DNA of 64,000 bases from Nitrospirota bacterium (GTDB taxonomy: Bacteria > Nitrospirota > Thermodesulfovibrionia > SZUA-242): assembly GCA_016212095.1 (NCBI GenBank), contig JACRHH010000035.1, positions 77,948 through 141,947 of the forward strand, in the 5' to 3' direction. Under the pieces are notes generated by a model that saw nothing but the letters and a program-made list of their open reading frames with translations, made no database searches and was not told the DNA's origin. The translations under genes were made by a program, and so were the position numbers. Of the stretch, positions 50,201 to 59,525 are shown one piece after another; within the stretch, counting starts at the first letter, position 1; each line of letters starts with the position of its first letter.

Positions 50201-50630
50201 CACGCCGGAAAAGATCGACGCAAACGGGCTGGTTAAGGTTGCTATGGTGGCGAAGGAGGCGGCGGAGTATCTGGCATCGCGCCCGGAATTTCTCACGTCA
50301 ACGCTTAAGGCATCGGAAAGCGGCCTTTCGGAGGAAATCGGCGGGATGGGAACACACTCCGGAAGAAAAACCAGCTTGGGAATTGTTCCCGACTTCGCGT
50401 TCACCGGCAAGGGCTGCCGCCTGTCGGGCGTCACGCCCGGCTCGCCCGCCGAGTCCTGCGGACTTCGGGAGGGCGATGTGATAGTGAAAATTAACGCCGG
50501 AGATGTTGCGAGCCTGAAGGATTTGTCGAATACTTTGAAAACGCTGAAACCCGGTGAGCGCGTAACCGTTACGGTAATGCGCGACGGCGCGGCGCTGACT
50601 GTTGAGGCGGAACTGGCGGAGAGGAGGTAG
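47286..50630 (+). CDS. secreted tri-domain peptidase: M1-family zinc aminopeptidase-like N-terminus + M28-family peptidase + C-terminal PDZ
   Basis: Signal peptide; HEILHNWWGNSVWPNYAKGNWAE gives HExxH-X18-E (M1 gluzincin); M28 motifs VIAAHYDHLG, DDNASGVAVLIELARA, FAAFTAEETGRIGSRHY; PDZ GVTPGSPAESCGLREGDVIVKINAGDV. Confidence 0.8.
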   Translation: MKIIASTFNNIIPLGGYALALAMTLLLPSPLYAATLIHHDMTVRLDPAEHRITVSDNVSLSGGFPAEITFGLHPGLNPKSPTRGASIEQLPGDSAYRAHLPPGAKAFTIEYSGAIDHPLESVGAEQARGFRQTSGAITPDGAYLAGSSMWYPRFGSETVTFRVEVSLPAKWDAVAQGERTRHERADSGTVTVWESKEPQDEIFLIAAAFAEYEKQAGRVSAMAFLRTPDDGLANKYLDATARYIAMYEKMIGPYPYSKFALVENFWETGYGMPSFTLLGPKIIRMPFIINSSYPHEILHNWWGNSVWPNYAKGNWAEGLTAYLADHLIKEQQGQGAEYRQSVLQKYADYVSDGRDFPLSGFTSRHGSSSEAVGYGKAAIFFHMLRNRMGDEIFIKCLQRFYADNRFKTASFDDLRKSFEDVTGESLKAEFDQWVTRAGAPKLAVSGVSVTAVKNGFILKADVEQVQPGDVYSLIVPVAVTMEGVPRAFRTVAEMSGRKAAINIRLSSRPLRLDIDPEFDVFRRLDTGETPPAITQALGAKKMLAVLPSSADAKTLAAWRALAESLGKSGPDSIVIALDSEIDKLPPDRAAAILGGGNRFAKTVFDALSGYGVSADAANIRIGETEIPRKNHAVVLSARRPGNSEAALLFIDADTPGALPGLARKLPHYHKYSYLAFEGDEPVNTVKGRWPVVASPMTVYLPGADGVAKRVDMGAVPAREPLASLPQAFSPERMTETVGKLATPDMAGRGIGTTEISRAADFIAEKFREAGLESAGDGSGYFQKWTETVGGKTVSLKNVLGVIPGTKPEFAGQSVVIAAHYDHLGIIDGKIYPGSDDNASGVAVLIELARAFSAGAKPERNIVFAAFTAEETGRIGSRHYIADAKRFPAEKCIAAINLDTVGRLGKGKILALGSGSASEWVHIFRGAGYVTGVEVEAVTTDYEASDDRSFRDAGVPAVQLFTGPHADYHKPTDTPEKIDANGLVKVAMVAKEAAEYLASRPEFLTSTLKASESGLSEEIGGMGTHSGRKTSLGIVPDFAFTGKGCRLSGVTPGSPAESCGLREGDVIVKINAGDVASLKDLSNTLKTLKPGERVTVTVMRDGAALTVEAELAERR

Positions 50631-50638
50631 GCGGAAAG

Positions 50639-51331
50639 TTAATGCTTGTGCGGCAGGTGCGGCTTGTGCGCCCTCAGCCACGCGAACAAACGCTCGCGGT
50701 AAATGTATGAGAGCAGGGCTGCAACCGAGGCGATGCTGACCATGACAAGAAAGAGCCTGTAATCGCCTGCCTCTATAAAACTGCCGCCGAACGACAGCCC
50801 TATCGTCCCGAACAGCCGCCCGACTGACGAGACGATTAGAAATGAGCGAAACGGCATTTTGCTTGTGCCAAGGATGTAGCAGAGGATGTCCTTTGGGAAA
50901 CCGGGAACAAGAAAAAGCAGAAACGATATGCCGATTCCCTTGTGTTCCATCAGGAAGTCGTATTTGTCGAGCGTCTCCTGCCTCGCGAATTTTGCCACGA
51001 ACGGCCTGCCGAAGCGGCGCGAAAGGGAAAACGCGATGATCGAGCCGATTGTCAGCCCGATGGTCGAGTAAACAAGTCCGGACGGGCCGCCGTAGATATA
51101 ACCGCCCACAAAACCGGTCACCTCGCCCGGAATCGGCGCAAACAGAACCTGCAATACCTGTATGGAGATGAATACCGGTACCGACGCCGCGCCAAACGAG
51201 CGTATGAAGCCGATAAGCTGCCTGCTGTCTGTTGCCAGGCGATGAATGCCGAAATGGTGTATTGCGGCTGTTGAGATCGCAATCACGGCAAGAAAAAGCG
51301 TGAATTTGAGAATGACGCGGTTTCCGGCCAT
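50639..51331 (-). CDS. dedA: DedA/TVP38 family membrane protein
   Basis: VLFAPIPGEVTGFVGGYIYG is the conserved DedA core; multiple TM helices. Confidence 0.8.
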   Translation of the reverse strand: MAGNRVILKFTLFLAVIAISTAAIHHFGIHRLATDSRQLIGFIRSFGAASVPVFISIQVLQVLFAPIPGEVTGFVGGYIYGGPSGLVYSTIGLTIGSIIAFSLSRRFGRPFVAKFARQETLDKYDFLMEHKGIGISFLLFLVPGFPKDILCYILGTSKMPFRSFLIVSSVGRLFGTIGLSFGGSFIEAGDYRLFLVMVSIASVAALLSYIYRERLFAWLRAHKPHLPHKH

Positions 51332-51358
51332 GCTATGGACAGGGAAGAATGTGCGGCA

Positions 51359-52477
51359 TCAGGCGATTGAAACTCCCGATGCTTCGGCAATCAGCCGCGC
51401 GGCTTCGTCGATTTCGCCGCCGGTGGTGTCTTTTCCCACGCTCAGCCGGATGGAAGAAAGCGCGTCGGCGTCTGAAAGCCCCATCGCCTTCAGCACGCCG
51501 GACGGCGCACCGCCCGCGCCATGACACGCCGCTCCGGCAGACGCAGCAAGCCTGTCCGTCAGCCGGTCGAGAAGCGCGTGGACATTCACGCCCGGAAGGC
51601 AGACGTTCAGCGTGTTCGGAAGGCGCATATCAGCGCTTCCGTTTATCCGGGCATCCGGGAATATCGCCTTGAGGCGGGCAAGCAGCATGGCCGAAAGTTC
51701 CCTCATCCGCCCGGCATATGCGCCGCCTGCGGCCATGCGGCAGGCCGCGCCCAGCCCGACTATAAGCGGCACGTTCTCGGTTCCGGGCCGAATGCCGCGC
51801 TCATGGCCCGCGCCAAACATAAGCGGGCGAAGTTGAGCGCCGCGCCTGATGTAAAGCGCGCCGATGCCTTTGGGCGCATAAAACTTGTGGCCCGCAAGGC
51901 TCATGAAATCAACGCCAAGCGCGTTTACGTCAATATCCGCCTTGCCCGGCGACTGCGCCGCGTCGGTATGAAACGCAATACCGCGGCCATTCAGAATCCG
52001 CCCGATCTCCGCAACCGGCTGAAGCGCGCCGGTTTCGTTGTTCGAGTGCATGACGGTTACAAGCACGGTGTCGTTCGTTATCGCGGCGGCAAGCTCGCAC
52101 GGATCGACTCGGCAGTCGCGGCCAACCGGAAGCCTTGTCACACGAAATCCGGCAGCCTCCAGACGGGCACAAGGCGCGGCAATGGCCGGATGTTCTATCG
52201 CCGTGGTTATGACATGCCCGCCGCCGCGCATCAGGGTTGAGCCAAAGACAGCCAGATTATTCGCCTCGGTCGCGCCGGAGGTGAACACAATTTCGTCAGG
52301 CGCGGCCCCGATCATGGCGGCAACATCTTCACGCGCCTGTTCGACAGCGGCGCGGGCTTCGCGGCCAACCGCGTGCGAACTGGACGGATTGCCGAAACGT
52401 TCCGAAAAGTACGGAAACATGGCGTCCAGCACGGCGCGGTCAACCGGTGTTGTTGCGTTGTAATCGAGATATATCAT
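51359..52477 (-). CDS. cysteine desulfurase (NifS/IscS family, class V aminotransferase)
   Basis: MIYLDYNATTPVDRAVLDAM...FTSGATEANNLA...; PLP-Lys region SLAGHKFYAPKG; C-terminal active Cys region. Confidence 0.88.
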   Translation of the reverse strand: MIYLDYNATTPVDRAVLDAMFPYFSERFGNPSSSHAVGREARAAVEQAREDVAAMIGAAPDEIVFTSGATEANNLAVFGSTLMRGGGHVITTAIEHPAIAAPCARLEAAGFRVTRLPVGRDCRVDPCELAAAITNDTVLVTVMHSNNETGALQPVAEIGRILNGRGIAFHTDAAQSPGKADIDVNALGVDFMSLAGHKFYAPKGIGALYIRRGAQLRPLMFGAGHERGIRPGTENVPLIVGLGAACRMAAGGAYAGRMRELSAMLLARLKAIFPDARINGSADMRLPNTLNVCLPGVNVHALLDRLTDRLAASAGAACHGAGGAPSGVLKAMGLSDADALSSIRLSVGKDTTGGEIDEAARLIAEASGVSIA

Positions 52478-53395
52478 CTATTTGGGGTCGAGTTCCCTGT
52501 GATAGGTGAAAATGTCCACTTTATCAAGCTTCCGCAGCCTGGCCGCGAGGCTTTCGGCGATTGCGGGGGAACGATGACGTCCTCCTGTGCAGCCGACCGC
52601 GATGCCAAGCGCGCTTTTTCCTTCGGCCCTGTACCTTGGGATGAGATAGACAAGAAGTTCGTGAAACTTTTCCAGAAACTCCTGCGTCTCGTCCTTCAGA
52701 AGCACAAAGTCGGCAACCGAACGGTCGAGCCCGGTGAATGGCCGAAGCTCAGGCACGAAATGCGGGTTCGGAAGGAAGCGCACGTCCATCATGATGTCGG
52801 CCTCGGATGGCGTGCCGAACTTGAAGCCGAACGAAATGACGTTTACCCTCAGCCTGTTATCCACGCTCCTGCCGTAGCTTTTCAGGATGAGATCGCGCAA
52901 CTGATGCGGCGAGAACGATTCCGTGGTTATTATCCGGTCGGCCTGTCTGGAAAAAGGCTCGATTGTCTTTCGCTCGCGCTCGATCGCGTCCTTCAGCGAG
53001 CCGCCTTCAAGAAGCAGCGGGTGCGGACGCCGTGTCTCCCGGAAGCGGCGGGCAATAACCTCGTCGCCAGCGTCCAGGAAAATCACATCCACATTGAAGC
53101 CCGCCTTGCGGAGCCTTCCGCATACTGTCTCGAAGTTGGCCAGATAATCTCTTTCCCGAATGCCGATGCCGAGCGCCAGCGCGGTTATGCCGCGTTTTTT
53201 CAGCGACATGCAGGCGGAATAGATGACGTCAGTGGGAATGTTGTCGATGCAATAGTAACCGGCATCCTCAAGAGCCTTGAGGACTACGCTTTTACCTGCT
53301 CCTGAAAGTCCGGTGATTATCTTTGCGTCTAGTTTGATTTTCAAAGATTTTGTATACAAAAGAGGCGGCGAACTATCCGTCCGGCTAGCCGCCAT
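52478..53395 (-). CDS. rapZ: RNase adapter protein RapZ (YhbJ P-loop ATPase)
   Basis: IITGLSGAGKSVVLKALEDAGYYCIDNIP; C-terminal CTGGRHRSPAIAE; the start could be an internal TTG at 53344. Confidence 0.85.
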   Translation of the reverse strand: MAASRTDSSPPLLYTKSLKIKLDAKIITGLSGAGKSVVLKALEDAGYYCIDNIPTDVIYSACMSLKKRGITALALGIGIRERDYLANFETVCGRLRKAGFNVDVIFLDAGDEVIARRFRETRRPHPLLLEGGSLKDAIERERKTIEPFSRQADRIITTESFSPHQLRDLILKSYGRSVDNRLRVNVISFGFKFGTPSEADIMMDVRFLPNPHFVPELRPFTGLDRSVADFVLLKDETQEFLEKFHELLVYLIPRYRAEGKSALGIAVGCTGGRHRSPAIAESLAARLRKLDKVDIFTYHRELDPK

Positions 53396-53432
53396 TGGCT
53401 TGCCCGGCTCGCCGCCCCCGGATGTGCCGACA

Positions 53433-53969
53433 CTATCTGGCCGGCTGAATAAGCCCTATGTTGCCGTCCTTGCGGCGATAGACCACGTTCATGTCGCTGC
53501 CGGACGAACTGATGAAGACGAAGAAATCCTGCTTGCGCAGATCCATCTGCATGGCCGCCTCCTCGGCGGTCATCGGCTTCGGATCGAACCTGTTGCTCTT
53601 GATGATCAAGCGCCCGGCTTGCTCCTCCGCTGCGGCTTCCTCGACAGAAGGAGCCGCAACCGCCGCGCCGCGTTCGGGCTGCCTGCGCGGCCCCTGCTTG
53701 CCCTTGAGCTTCGTGACCTGACGCCCCAGCTTGTCGAGCACGTCGTCAATGGAGGAGTACATTTCCCCGGTTACGCTCTCGGCCTGAATAGGCTGGCCGT
53801 TGAGGTTAAGCGATGCCTCAACCTTGTGCCGGAACTTTTCGAGGCTGAAGGTGAAAGACGCTTCAGTTATGTTGGCGTCGAACTTGTCGAATTTCTTTAC
53901 CTTGTCCTCGGCATAGGCCTTTAGCGCGTCCGTTAAATCAACATTCTTGCCGGTTACGATTACGTTCAT
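53433..53969 (-). CDS. hpf: ribosome hibernation promoting factor (long HPF)
   Basis: MNVIVTGKNVDLTDALKAYAEDKVKKF plus the C-terminal dimerisation domain. Confidence 0.9.
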   Translation of the reverse strand: MNVIVTGKNVDLTDALKAYAEDKVKKFDKFDANITEASFTFSLEKFRHKVEASLNLNGQPIQAESVTGEMYSSIDDVLDKLGRQVTKLKGKQGPRRQPERGAAVAAPSVEEAAAEEQAGRLIIKSNRFDPKPMTAEEAAMQMDLRKQDFFVFISSSGSDMNVVYRRKDGNIGLIQPAR

Positions 53970-54079
53970 GCTGCGTTCCTCCTGTGATTGACGTTGTCCG
54001 GTGTATCTGATTCCAGAATATCACCGAACAATCGAAAGTGAAAGTGGGGCGAGGGTTTAACCCTGCTCTTTATAGATGG

Positions 54080-55537
54080 TTATTTCGCCTTCTTCCTTCT
54101 GTTTTGCGGCGGAATTTTCAGTTCGTCACGATATTTGGCCACGGTTCTGCGGGCAATCTCCACGCCCTTGGCTTTCAGCAGCTCGACAATCTTCTGGTCG
54201 CTGTGAGGCGCGGACGGCTCCTCGTCGGCGATGACCTTCCTCACCATCTGCTTCACCGATGTGGCCGCAACCACATCGGAATCGCCCCTTGAGCTGCCGA
54301 GGGAGCTTGAGAAAAAATAGCGGAACGGCAGCAGTCCGTCCGGAGTCTGGATGTATTTGTTCGACGTGACACGGCTGATGGTGCTTTCGTGCATTCCCAG
54401 ATCGCCCGCAATCTCCTTCAGGGTTAACGGCTTCAGGTGCGACACTCCCTTTTCGAAATAATCGCCCTGATACTTCAGAATGCTCTCCGTAACCCTGTAG
54501 ATGGTCTTGTTCCTCTGGTCGAGGCTTTTAAGCAGCCACACGGCGGAGCGCATCTTTTCCTCAAGGAATGCGCGCTCGTCGCCGGAGAGCGAACGCTTGT
54601 CCTCAAGCATTCGCCGGTAGAAGCTGTTCAGGCGAAGGCGGGGCATCCCTTCATCGTTGAGCATTATCCTGAATCCGTCCTCGTCGCGCACAAGATAAAC
54701 ATCCGGCGCGATGTACGATGTCTCGGACGAAACGAAGTTGCGAGCCGGTCGCGGCTCAAGCGATTCGATGGCCGCAACGGCTGCGCTCACATCATCGGCT
54801 GTCACGCCAAACCGCCTCGCAAGCTGGGCATACTGGCGGCGCTTCAGTTCCTCCATGCCGTCGCTGATTATTCTTTCCACAAGTGTTCCTGAAAGACCTA
54901 GCTCGCGCACCTGTATGAGAAGGCATTCGCGAAGATCGCGCGCGGCGATTCCGGTTGGATCGAACCGCTGAACCATTGCAAGCGCCTTTTCCGCTGTTTC
55001 GGCGTTCACCGCGCAGAAGTTAGCAACCTCTTCCAGCGATACCTGAAGGTAGCCGTCATCATCCAGATTGCCTATTATGAATTCGCAGACGCACCTGATG
55101 CAGTCGTCGGCGTCGATGAAACGGAGCTGCCACATCAGATGATCGACAAGATCGGGGCGGGAACTGACGAACTGCTCGAACGTCGGAGCCTCCTCGGTTC
55201 CGGGGCTGAAATAGCCGAGGTCGCGCCCGTCGGAGGCGCGATCCATGAAATAGTCGTCGGATTCGTGGCTGGTGAAAACCTGCTCAAGCGGCATCTCGGA
55301 ATCGTCGCGCGGCTCCGATACCGGTTCCTCGTTGTCGCGTTCCTCACGGCTGATTTCGTAATCGGAGGCGTATTCGTCTATCGATTCCTCAAGAACCGGA
55401 TTCTCTACCAGTTCCTGATTGAGCACCTGCGAGAGCTCAAGCTGCGGAAGCTGCAACAGCTTGATCGCCTGCTGAAGCTGTGGCGTGAGAATCAGCTTCT
55501 GCGCGAGCTTTAGCTGAAGGCTTATGTCAAGTGCCAT
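54080..55537 (-). CDS. rpoN: RNA polymerase sigma-54 factor
   Basis: MALDISLQLKLAQKLILTPQLQQAIKLLQL; C-terminal RpoN box ARRTVAKYRDELKIP. Confidence 0.95.
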   Translation of the reverse strand: MALDISLQLKLAQKLILTPQLQQAIKLLQLPQLELSQVLNQELVENPVLEESIDEYASDYEISREERDNEEPVSEPRDDSEMPLEQVFTSHESDDYFMDRASDGRDLGYFSPGTEEAPTFEQFVSSRPDLVDHLMWQLRFIDADDCIRCVCEFIIGNLDDDGYLQVSLEEVANFCAVNAETAEKALAMVQRFDPTGIAARDLRECLLIQVRELGLSGTLVERIISDGMEELKRRQYAQLARRFGVTADDVSAAVAAIESLEPRPARNFVSSETSYIAPDVYLVRDEDGFRIMLNDEGMPRLRLNSFYRRMLEDKRSLSGDERAFLEEKMRSAVWLLKSLDQRNKTIYRVTESILKYQGDYFEKGVSHLKPLTLKEIAGDLGMHESTISRVTSNKYIQTPDGLLPFRYFFSSSLGSSRGDSDVVAATSVKQMVRKVIADEEPSAPHSDQKIVELLKAKGVEIARRTVAKYRDELKIPPQNRRKKAK

Positions 55538-55552
55538 AACCGTCCTGCAACG

Positions 55553-56278
55553 TCATATCGAGAAATCCTCTCCGAGATACGCTTTCCGCACAACCGGGCT
55601 TTCCACCAGCTCGCCCGGAGTGCCGGACTCCAGAATCCTGCCGCCGCTCACGATGTATGCCCTGTCGGTTATCGACAGCGTGTCGCGCACGTTATGATCT
55701 GTAATTATAACACCGATACCCTTGCGCTTAAGATAAGTAATCGTTTTTTGCAGATCCCCGATTGTTATCGGATCCACTCCGGCAAACGGCTCGTCAAGAA
55801 GCAGGAACGCCGGATTCATCGCAATTGCCCTTGCTATCTCAACCCGTCTGCGCTCGCCGCCCGAAAGATGAAATCCGCTGTTTTCGGCAAGGTGCGACAG
55901 GTTGAATTCGGCAAGTATCTCCATTGCCCGCGCCCTGCCTTCATCGGCTTCCAATCCCATTATCTCCATCACGACCATCAGGTTGTCGAGCACCGTGACA
56001 TGCTTGAATATCGACGACTCCTGCGGCAGATAGCCTATTCCCATGCGCGCCCGCCTGTACATCGGCAGGTTGCCGATTTCAGCGCCGTCCAGGGTGATCG
56101 TTCCCTCGTCCGGCTTCACGAGCCCCACCATCATGTAAAAGGTGGTTGTCTTGCCAGCGCCGTTTGGCCCCAGCAGCCCGACCACATCGCCCGCCGATAC
56201 TTCGAGCGATATGCCCTGCACAACCGGCTTGCCCTTGTAGGATTTTTTTATGCCGCTTGCAGCCAACCTTCTGATCAT
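55553..56278 (-). CDS. lptB: LPS export ABC transporter ATP-binding protein LptB
   Basis: Walker A GPNGAGKTT, signature LSGGERRRVEIARA; conserved position next to rpoN. Confidence 0.92.
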   Translation of the reverse strand: MIRRLAASGIKKSYKGKPVVQGISLEVSAGDVVGLLGPNGAGKTTTFYMMVGLVKPDEGTITLDGAEIGNLPMYRRARMGIGYLPQESSIFKHVTVLDNLMVVMEIMGLEADEGRARAMEILAEFNLSHLAENSGFHLSGGERRRVEIARAIAMNPAFLLLDEPFAGVDPITIGDLQKTITYLKRKGIGVIITDHNVRDTLSITDRAYIVSGGRILESGTPGELVESPVVRKAYLGEDFSI

Positions 56279-56291
56279 CTGTTCAGCCGGA

Positions 56292-56744
56292 TCATCTGTT
56301 CTGCTTCATATACACGCGGCTTTCCTCAACCGTGAGCTTGTCGCTTTTGGGGTAGTAGGTAATCCGCGAGCCCGACACAAGATTTTCGCCTTCGATGATG
56401 CGCGGATAGCCGCTGAATTCCATCCGTTCCTCTTCGCCGAAGAAAACAGCCGACTCGGCGACTATAGCCCTCTCACCCCTTACCACGCGGACGTTTCCGG
56501 CGCACTCGATCCTTGTTATACGCCCCGAATCGTCGCTGTAGAAGACGTCCATGCGGTCGGCATGAATCACCGCGCTTTCGGTTCTTGCTGTAACCTCTCC
56601 GCTGAACCGCGCCTTGCGGGCCTGATTGTCGGCCTCCATCGTGCGCGAAGTGATTACTACCGGCTGACGCGGCTTTGCGCCGGCATCGTTGTCGGGCCCG
56701 GCAGCCGACGCAACCGAGGCAAACAAAACGGCCCAGACGGCCAT
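56292..56744 (-). CDS. lptA: LPS transport periplasmic protein LptA (OstA-like)
   Basis: OstA-like beta-jellyroll sequence ...ITSRTMEADNQARKARFSGEVT...; start set at an internal Met to avoid a 59-nt overlap with lptC. Confidence 0.7.
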   Translation of the reverse strand: MAVWAVLFASVASAAGPDNDAGAKPRQPVVITSRTMEADNQARKARFSGEVTARTESAVIHADRMDVFYSDDSGRITRIECAGNVRVVRGERAIVAESAVFFGEEERMEFSGYPRIIEGENLVSGSRITYYPKSDKLTVEESRVYMKQNR

Positions 56745-56778
56745 GACCAGGGCCAGGCAGATTAAGTCCGCTACAATT

Positions 56779-57294
56779 CTAAAGCAGATTGAATCTGCAG
56801 GTGACCGCGGATGTTTTTGCTCTCTGTGTTTTGACATCTACGCTTAATCCGCTTCCCTTTACGCTGAAGGTTCTGCCTTCCATCGTGATCGGCTCTTCAG
56901 ACGTGATCGTTCCGGATAAACTGTCCCATCCGGCCCGCTCGGTCGAAAGAGACCATCCGCCTCCCATTATCACCACATCCCCCGCGAAATCCATCGAACG
57001 TCCCGCGAAGTCGTAACGCCCAGCCCTGCTCGTGATCGAAAGCGGCGCGGCTCCGCGCATTTCGAGACGTATGTTTTCAAGATCGGCGCCATTCATGCCG
57101 CGCCCCAGATCCGCGCGCCCGGCCCTTAGTTCCCACTTCGCATCGTTTCCGTCCTGCTGAACGATGGTTATATCCTCCAGCGACGATCCGGCCTTCCAGC
57201 GGGACTGCGGCGCTGCCGTTTCGCGCTTGAAAAGCATGAAGGAAAGGAAAAGGGCTGTTATTAATGCAAATCCTATTCCAATACGCGATTTCAT
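56779..57294 (-). CDS. lptC: LPS export protein LptC
   Basis: N-terminal TM anchor; periplasmic LptC fold; conserved operon position upstream of lptA-lptB. Confidence 0.7.
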   Translation of the reverse strand: MKSRIGIGFALITALFLSFMLFKRETAAPQSRWKAGSSLEDITIVQQDGNDAKWELRAGRADLGRGMNGADLENIRLEMRGAAPLSITSRAGRYDFAGRSMDFAGDVVIMGGGWSLSTERAGWDSLSGTITSEEPITMEGRTFSVKGSGLSVDVKTQRAKTSAVTCRFNLL

Positions 57295-57345
57295 ATTATC
57301 ACAGCGCCATGGAATGCGTAAATCCGAAACCGGAATATGACGCCG

Positions 57346-58191
57346 TCATCGGCGCGCCGCAAGCCCGGCCTCCAGCGCGCGCCGCATCGCGTCAACCGGC
57401 GGCTCCGCGCCCGTCCATAAACGGAAGGCAACCGCGCCCTGCCAAAGCAGCATTCCGAGGCCGTTCACGGTTTTCGCGCCATGCTTCCGCGCGGCGGCAA
57501 GAAGCGGCGTTTCAGCAGGATTGTAGATCAGGTCGCAAACGACAAGCTTGTTGTGAATATGCGCCGGATCAACCGGAAGCGCATCTTCGGCGTGCAGGCC
57601 AAGCGATGTTGTATTTACCATAATGTCGAAGCCGGAGAGCGAACCGGCCTCACCCGCCGCCGTGACCGCTTGTTTCGTCCGGTTCAGTTCATCGGCAAGC
57701 GAGGACGCGCGTGATACAGTACGGTTTATTATATGAATCGAGGCCGCACCTGACGCAAGCAGGGCAAACGCCACCGAGCGCGCCGCGCCGCCCGCGCCAA
57801 GCATTATAATCCGCCTGCCGCCAACTGTTACTCCCAGTTCTTTTAACGATTGCACAAACCCCAGGCCATCGGTGTTATAGCCGGTGAGAACGCCGTCGTC
57901 GTTTACTATCGTGTTCACCGCGCCGATGCGCCCGGCCTCGTCGTCAATCCGGTCGAGAAATGGCATCACCGCTTCCTTGTGCGGAACCGTGACGTTAACA
58001 CCGCGAAGCCCAAGCGCCCTGATACCCGCAACCGCCTCGCCAAGCCGCTCCGGAGTGACATGAAACGGCAGATAGCGCCAGTTAAGGCCGAGCGCATCGA
58101 ACGCGGCGTTGTGCATGGCCGGCGAAAGCGTGTGCGAAACAGGATGGCCGAATATGCCGGTTATAACCGTTGTTCCACTGATCCCGATCAT
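57346..58191 (-). CDS. aroE: shikimate dehydrogenase
   Basis: ITGIFGHPVSHTLSPAMHNAAF...GVNVTVPHKEAV...NTDGLGF. Confidence 0.92.
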   Translation of the reverse strand: MIGISGTTVITGIFGHPVSHTLSPAMHNAAFDALGLNWRYLPFHVTPERLGEAVAGIRALGLRGVNVTVPHKEAVMPFLDRIDDEAGRIGAVNTIVNDDGVLTGYNTDGLGFVQSLKELGVTVGGRRIIMLGAGGAARSVAFALLASGAASIHIINRTVSRASSLADELNRTKQAVTAAGEAGSLSGFDIMVNTTSLGLHAEDALPVDPAHIHNKLVVCDLIYNPAETPLLAAARKHGAKTVNGLGMLLWQGAVAFRLWTGAEPPVDAMRRALEAGLAARR

Positions 58192-59525
58192 CTGCGTTTC
58201 GCCGCCTGTTTGATGCCGTCAATCAAGCCCTCAGGCGTCGGATCGATCACGATGGCCGGGATGCCGAGAGCCTTTTCCACGTCTTCAACCGATACGTCGT
58301 CAAGAAAAACGCCGTCGCCGTCGCGCAGCACAACAGACGGGATCAGCAGCGCGTGCTCGTTTCGCGGGCCATTCCGGGCCGCAAGCTGATTTATCAAATC
58401 CCGGCCTGTTATAAGGCCGGTCACGGTCACGGTATGGCCGAAGAAATCGTTTTTAACCGGAACCACATTCATGCGCAGCCCTGCCGTTCGCGCTTCAAGC
58501 CCGCGCGCCAGTTCCGCAAGCGTCGGATAAAACGACGCGCCGGTGAATGTGAGCAGGTCGGTTACGCGCCGGAGCCTTTTGGGAAGGCCTTGCGGATCGA
58601 AGCGGTCGAGGAAATCCCGCACAAGCCCAACGCCGTTTTCGATCTGCGGGAACTCGCCGTAGATTTCGGAGGGAGGAACCGGCACACAAGCCTTCAAATA
58701 AAACTCGTCTGAGGCATGGACAAACGGATCGTTGAACCGCCTTATGAACTTGCGCTGAAGCCGCTCGATCTGGCGGACGGTTGACCGGGCGAGCTTTTCA
58801 TCAACCGGCTTCAATCCTCCCCTGTGATAGCGTGTAAGGCCCACCGGCACGACGGCAAGCGACTCGACGCCCGGATGCAGGCGGGCAAGCGCGTTGATGG
58901 TTTTTTCGAGGTCGGCGCCGTCGTTTATGTCCGGACACATAACGATCTGCGCATGAATGCGTATTCCGGCGCGAACAAAAGCTTTAATCTCCGCCAGCAC
59001 GTCAACCGGATCGGGCCGCCCAAGCAGAACCTTGCGCCTCTCCATGTCAACCGAATGCACCGAGATGTAGAGCGGACTCAGGTGCTGCTCCAGAATTCGG
59101 GCGCGGTCGGCGTCGGCAAGGTTCGAAAGCGTGACGTAATTTCCAAACAGAAACGAAAGGCGGTAATCCTCGTCCTTCACATAAAGCGTTTTGCGAAGGC
59201 CGCGCGGCATCTGCGCCACGAAGCAGAATATGCACTTGTTGCGGCAGGTTTTGGTTTTGGGCGGCGCAAGCTCGATTCCGGCAGGCTCCCACGGCTGGAG
59301 ATCCAGAAGGATTGCCGGGCCGCCGTCATGCGGGGCGAATTCCAGATCGAAGCGCTCGCCGCAGCGCTCGTACAGGTAGTCGATCACGTCGCGAACCGCG
59401 TGGCCGTTTATGCCCACCAGCCGGTCGCCCGCGCGCACTCCGGCATTCCAGGCACTGGTTCCCGGATCGATGTCGGTCACCTCAACTCCGCGCTGGTTTG
59501 AACGGTTTGACCGGTCAGGCGCCAT
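58188..59525 (-). CDS. PDZ domain-containing radical SAM protein (DUF512-like)
   Basis: N-terminal PDZ (GVEVTDIDPGTSAWNAGVRAGDRLVGINGHAV); CRNKCIFC radical-SAM CxxxCxxC cluster motif. Confidence 0.7.
   Translation of the reverse strand: MAPDRSNRSNQRGVEVTDIDPGTSAWNAGVRAGDRLVGINGHAVRDVIDYLYERCGERFDLEFAPHDGGPAILLDLQPWEPAGIELAPPKTKTCRNKCIFCFVAQMPRGLRKTLYVKDEDYRLSFLFGNYVTLSNLADADRARILEQHLSPLYISVHSVDMERRKVLLGRPDPVDVLAEIKAFVRAGIRIHAQIVMCPDINDGADLEKTINALARLHPGVESLAVVPVGLTRYHRGGLKPVDEKLARSTVRQIERLQRKFIRRFNDPFVHASDEFYLKACVPVPPSEIYGEFPQIENGVGLVRDFLDRFDPQGLPKRLRRVTDLLTFTGASFYPTLAELARGLEARTAGLRMNVVPVKNDFFGHTVTVTGLITGRDLINQLAARNGPRNEHALLIPSVVLRDGDGVFLDDVSVEDVEKALGIPAIVIDPTPEGLIDGIKQAAKRR

Noticed and set aside
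56779-56837. LptA N-terminal extension overlapping lptC by 59 nt
   Set aside because: The extension is probably not translated. An internal Met that still gives a signal peptide avoids the overlap, although the exact lptA start remains uncertain.
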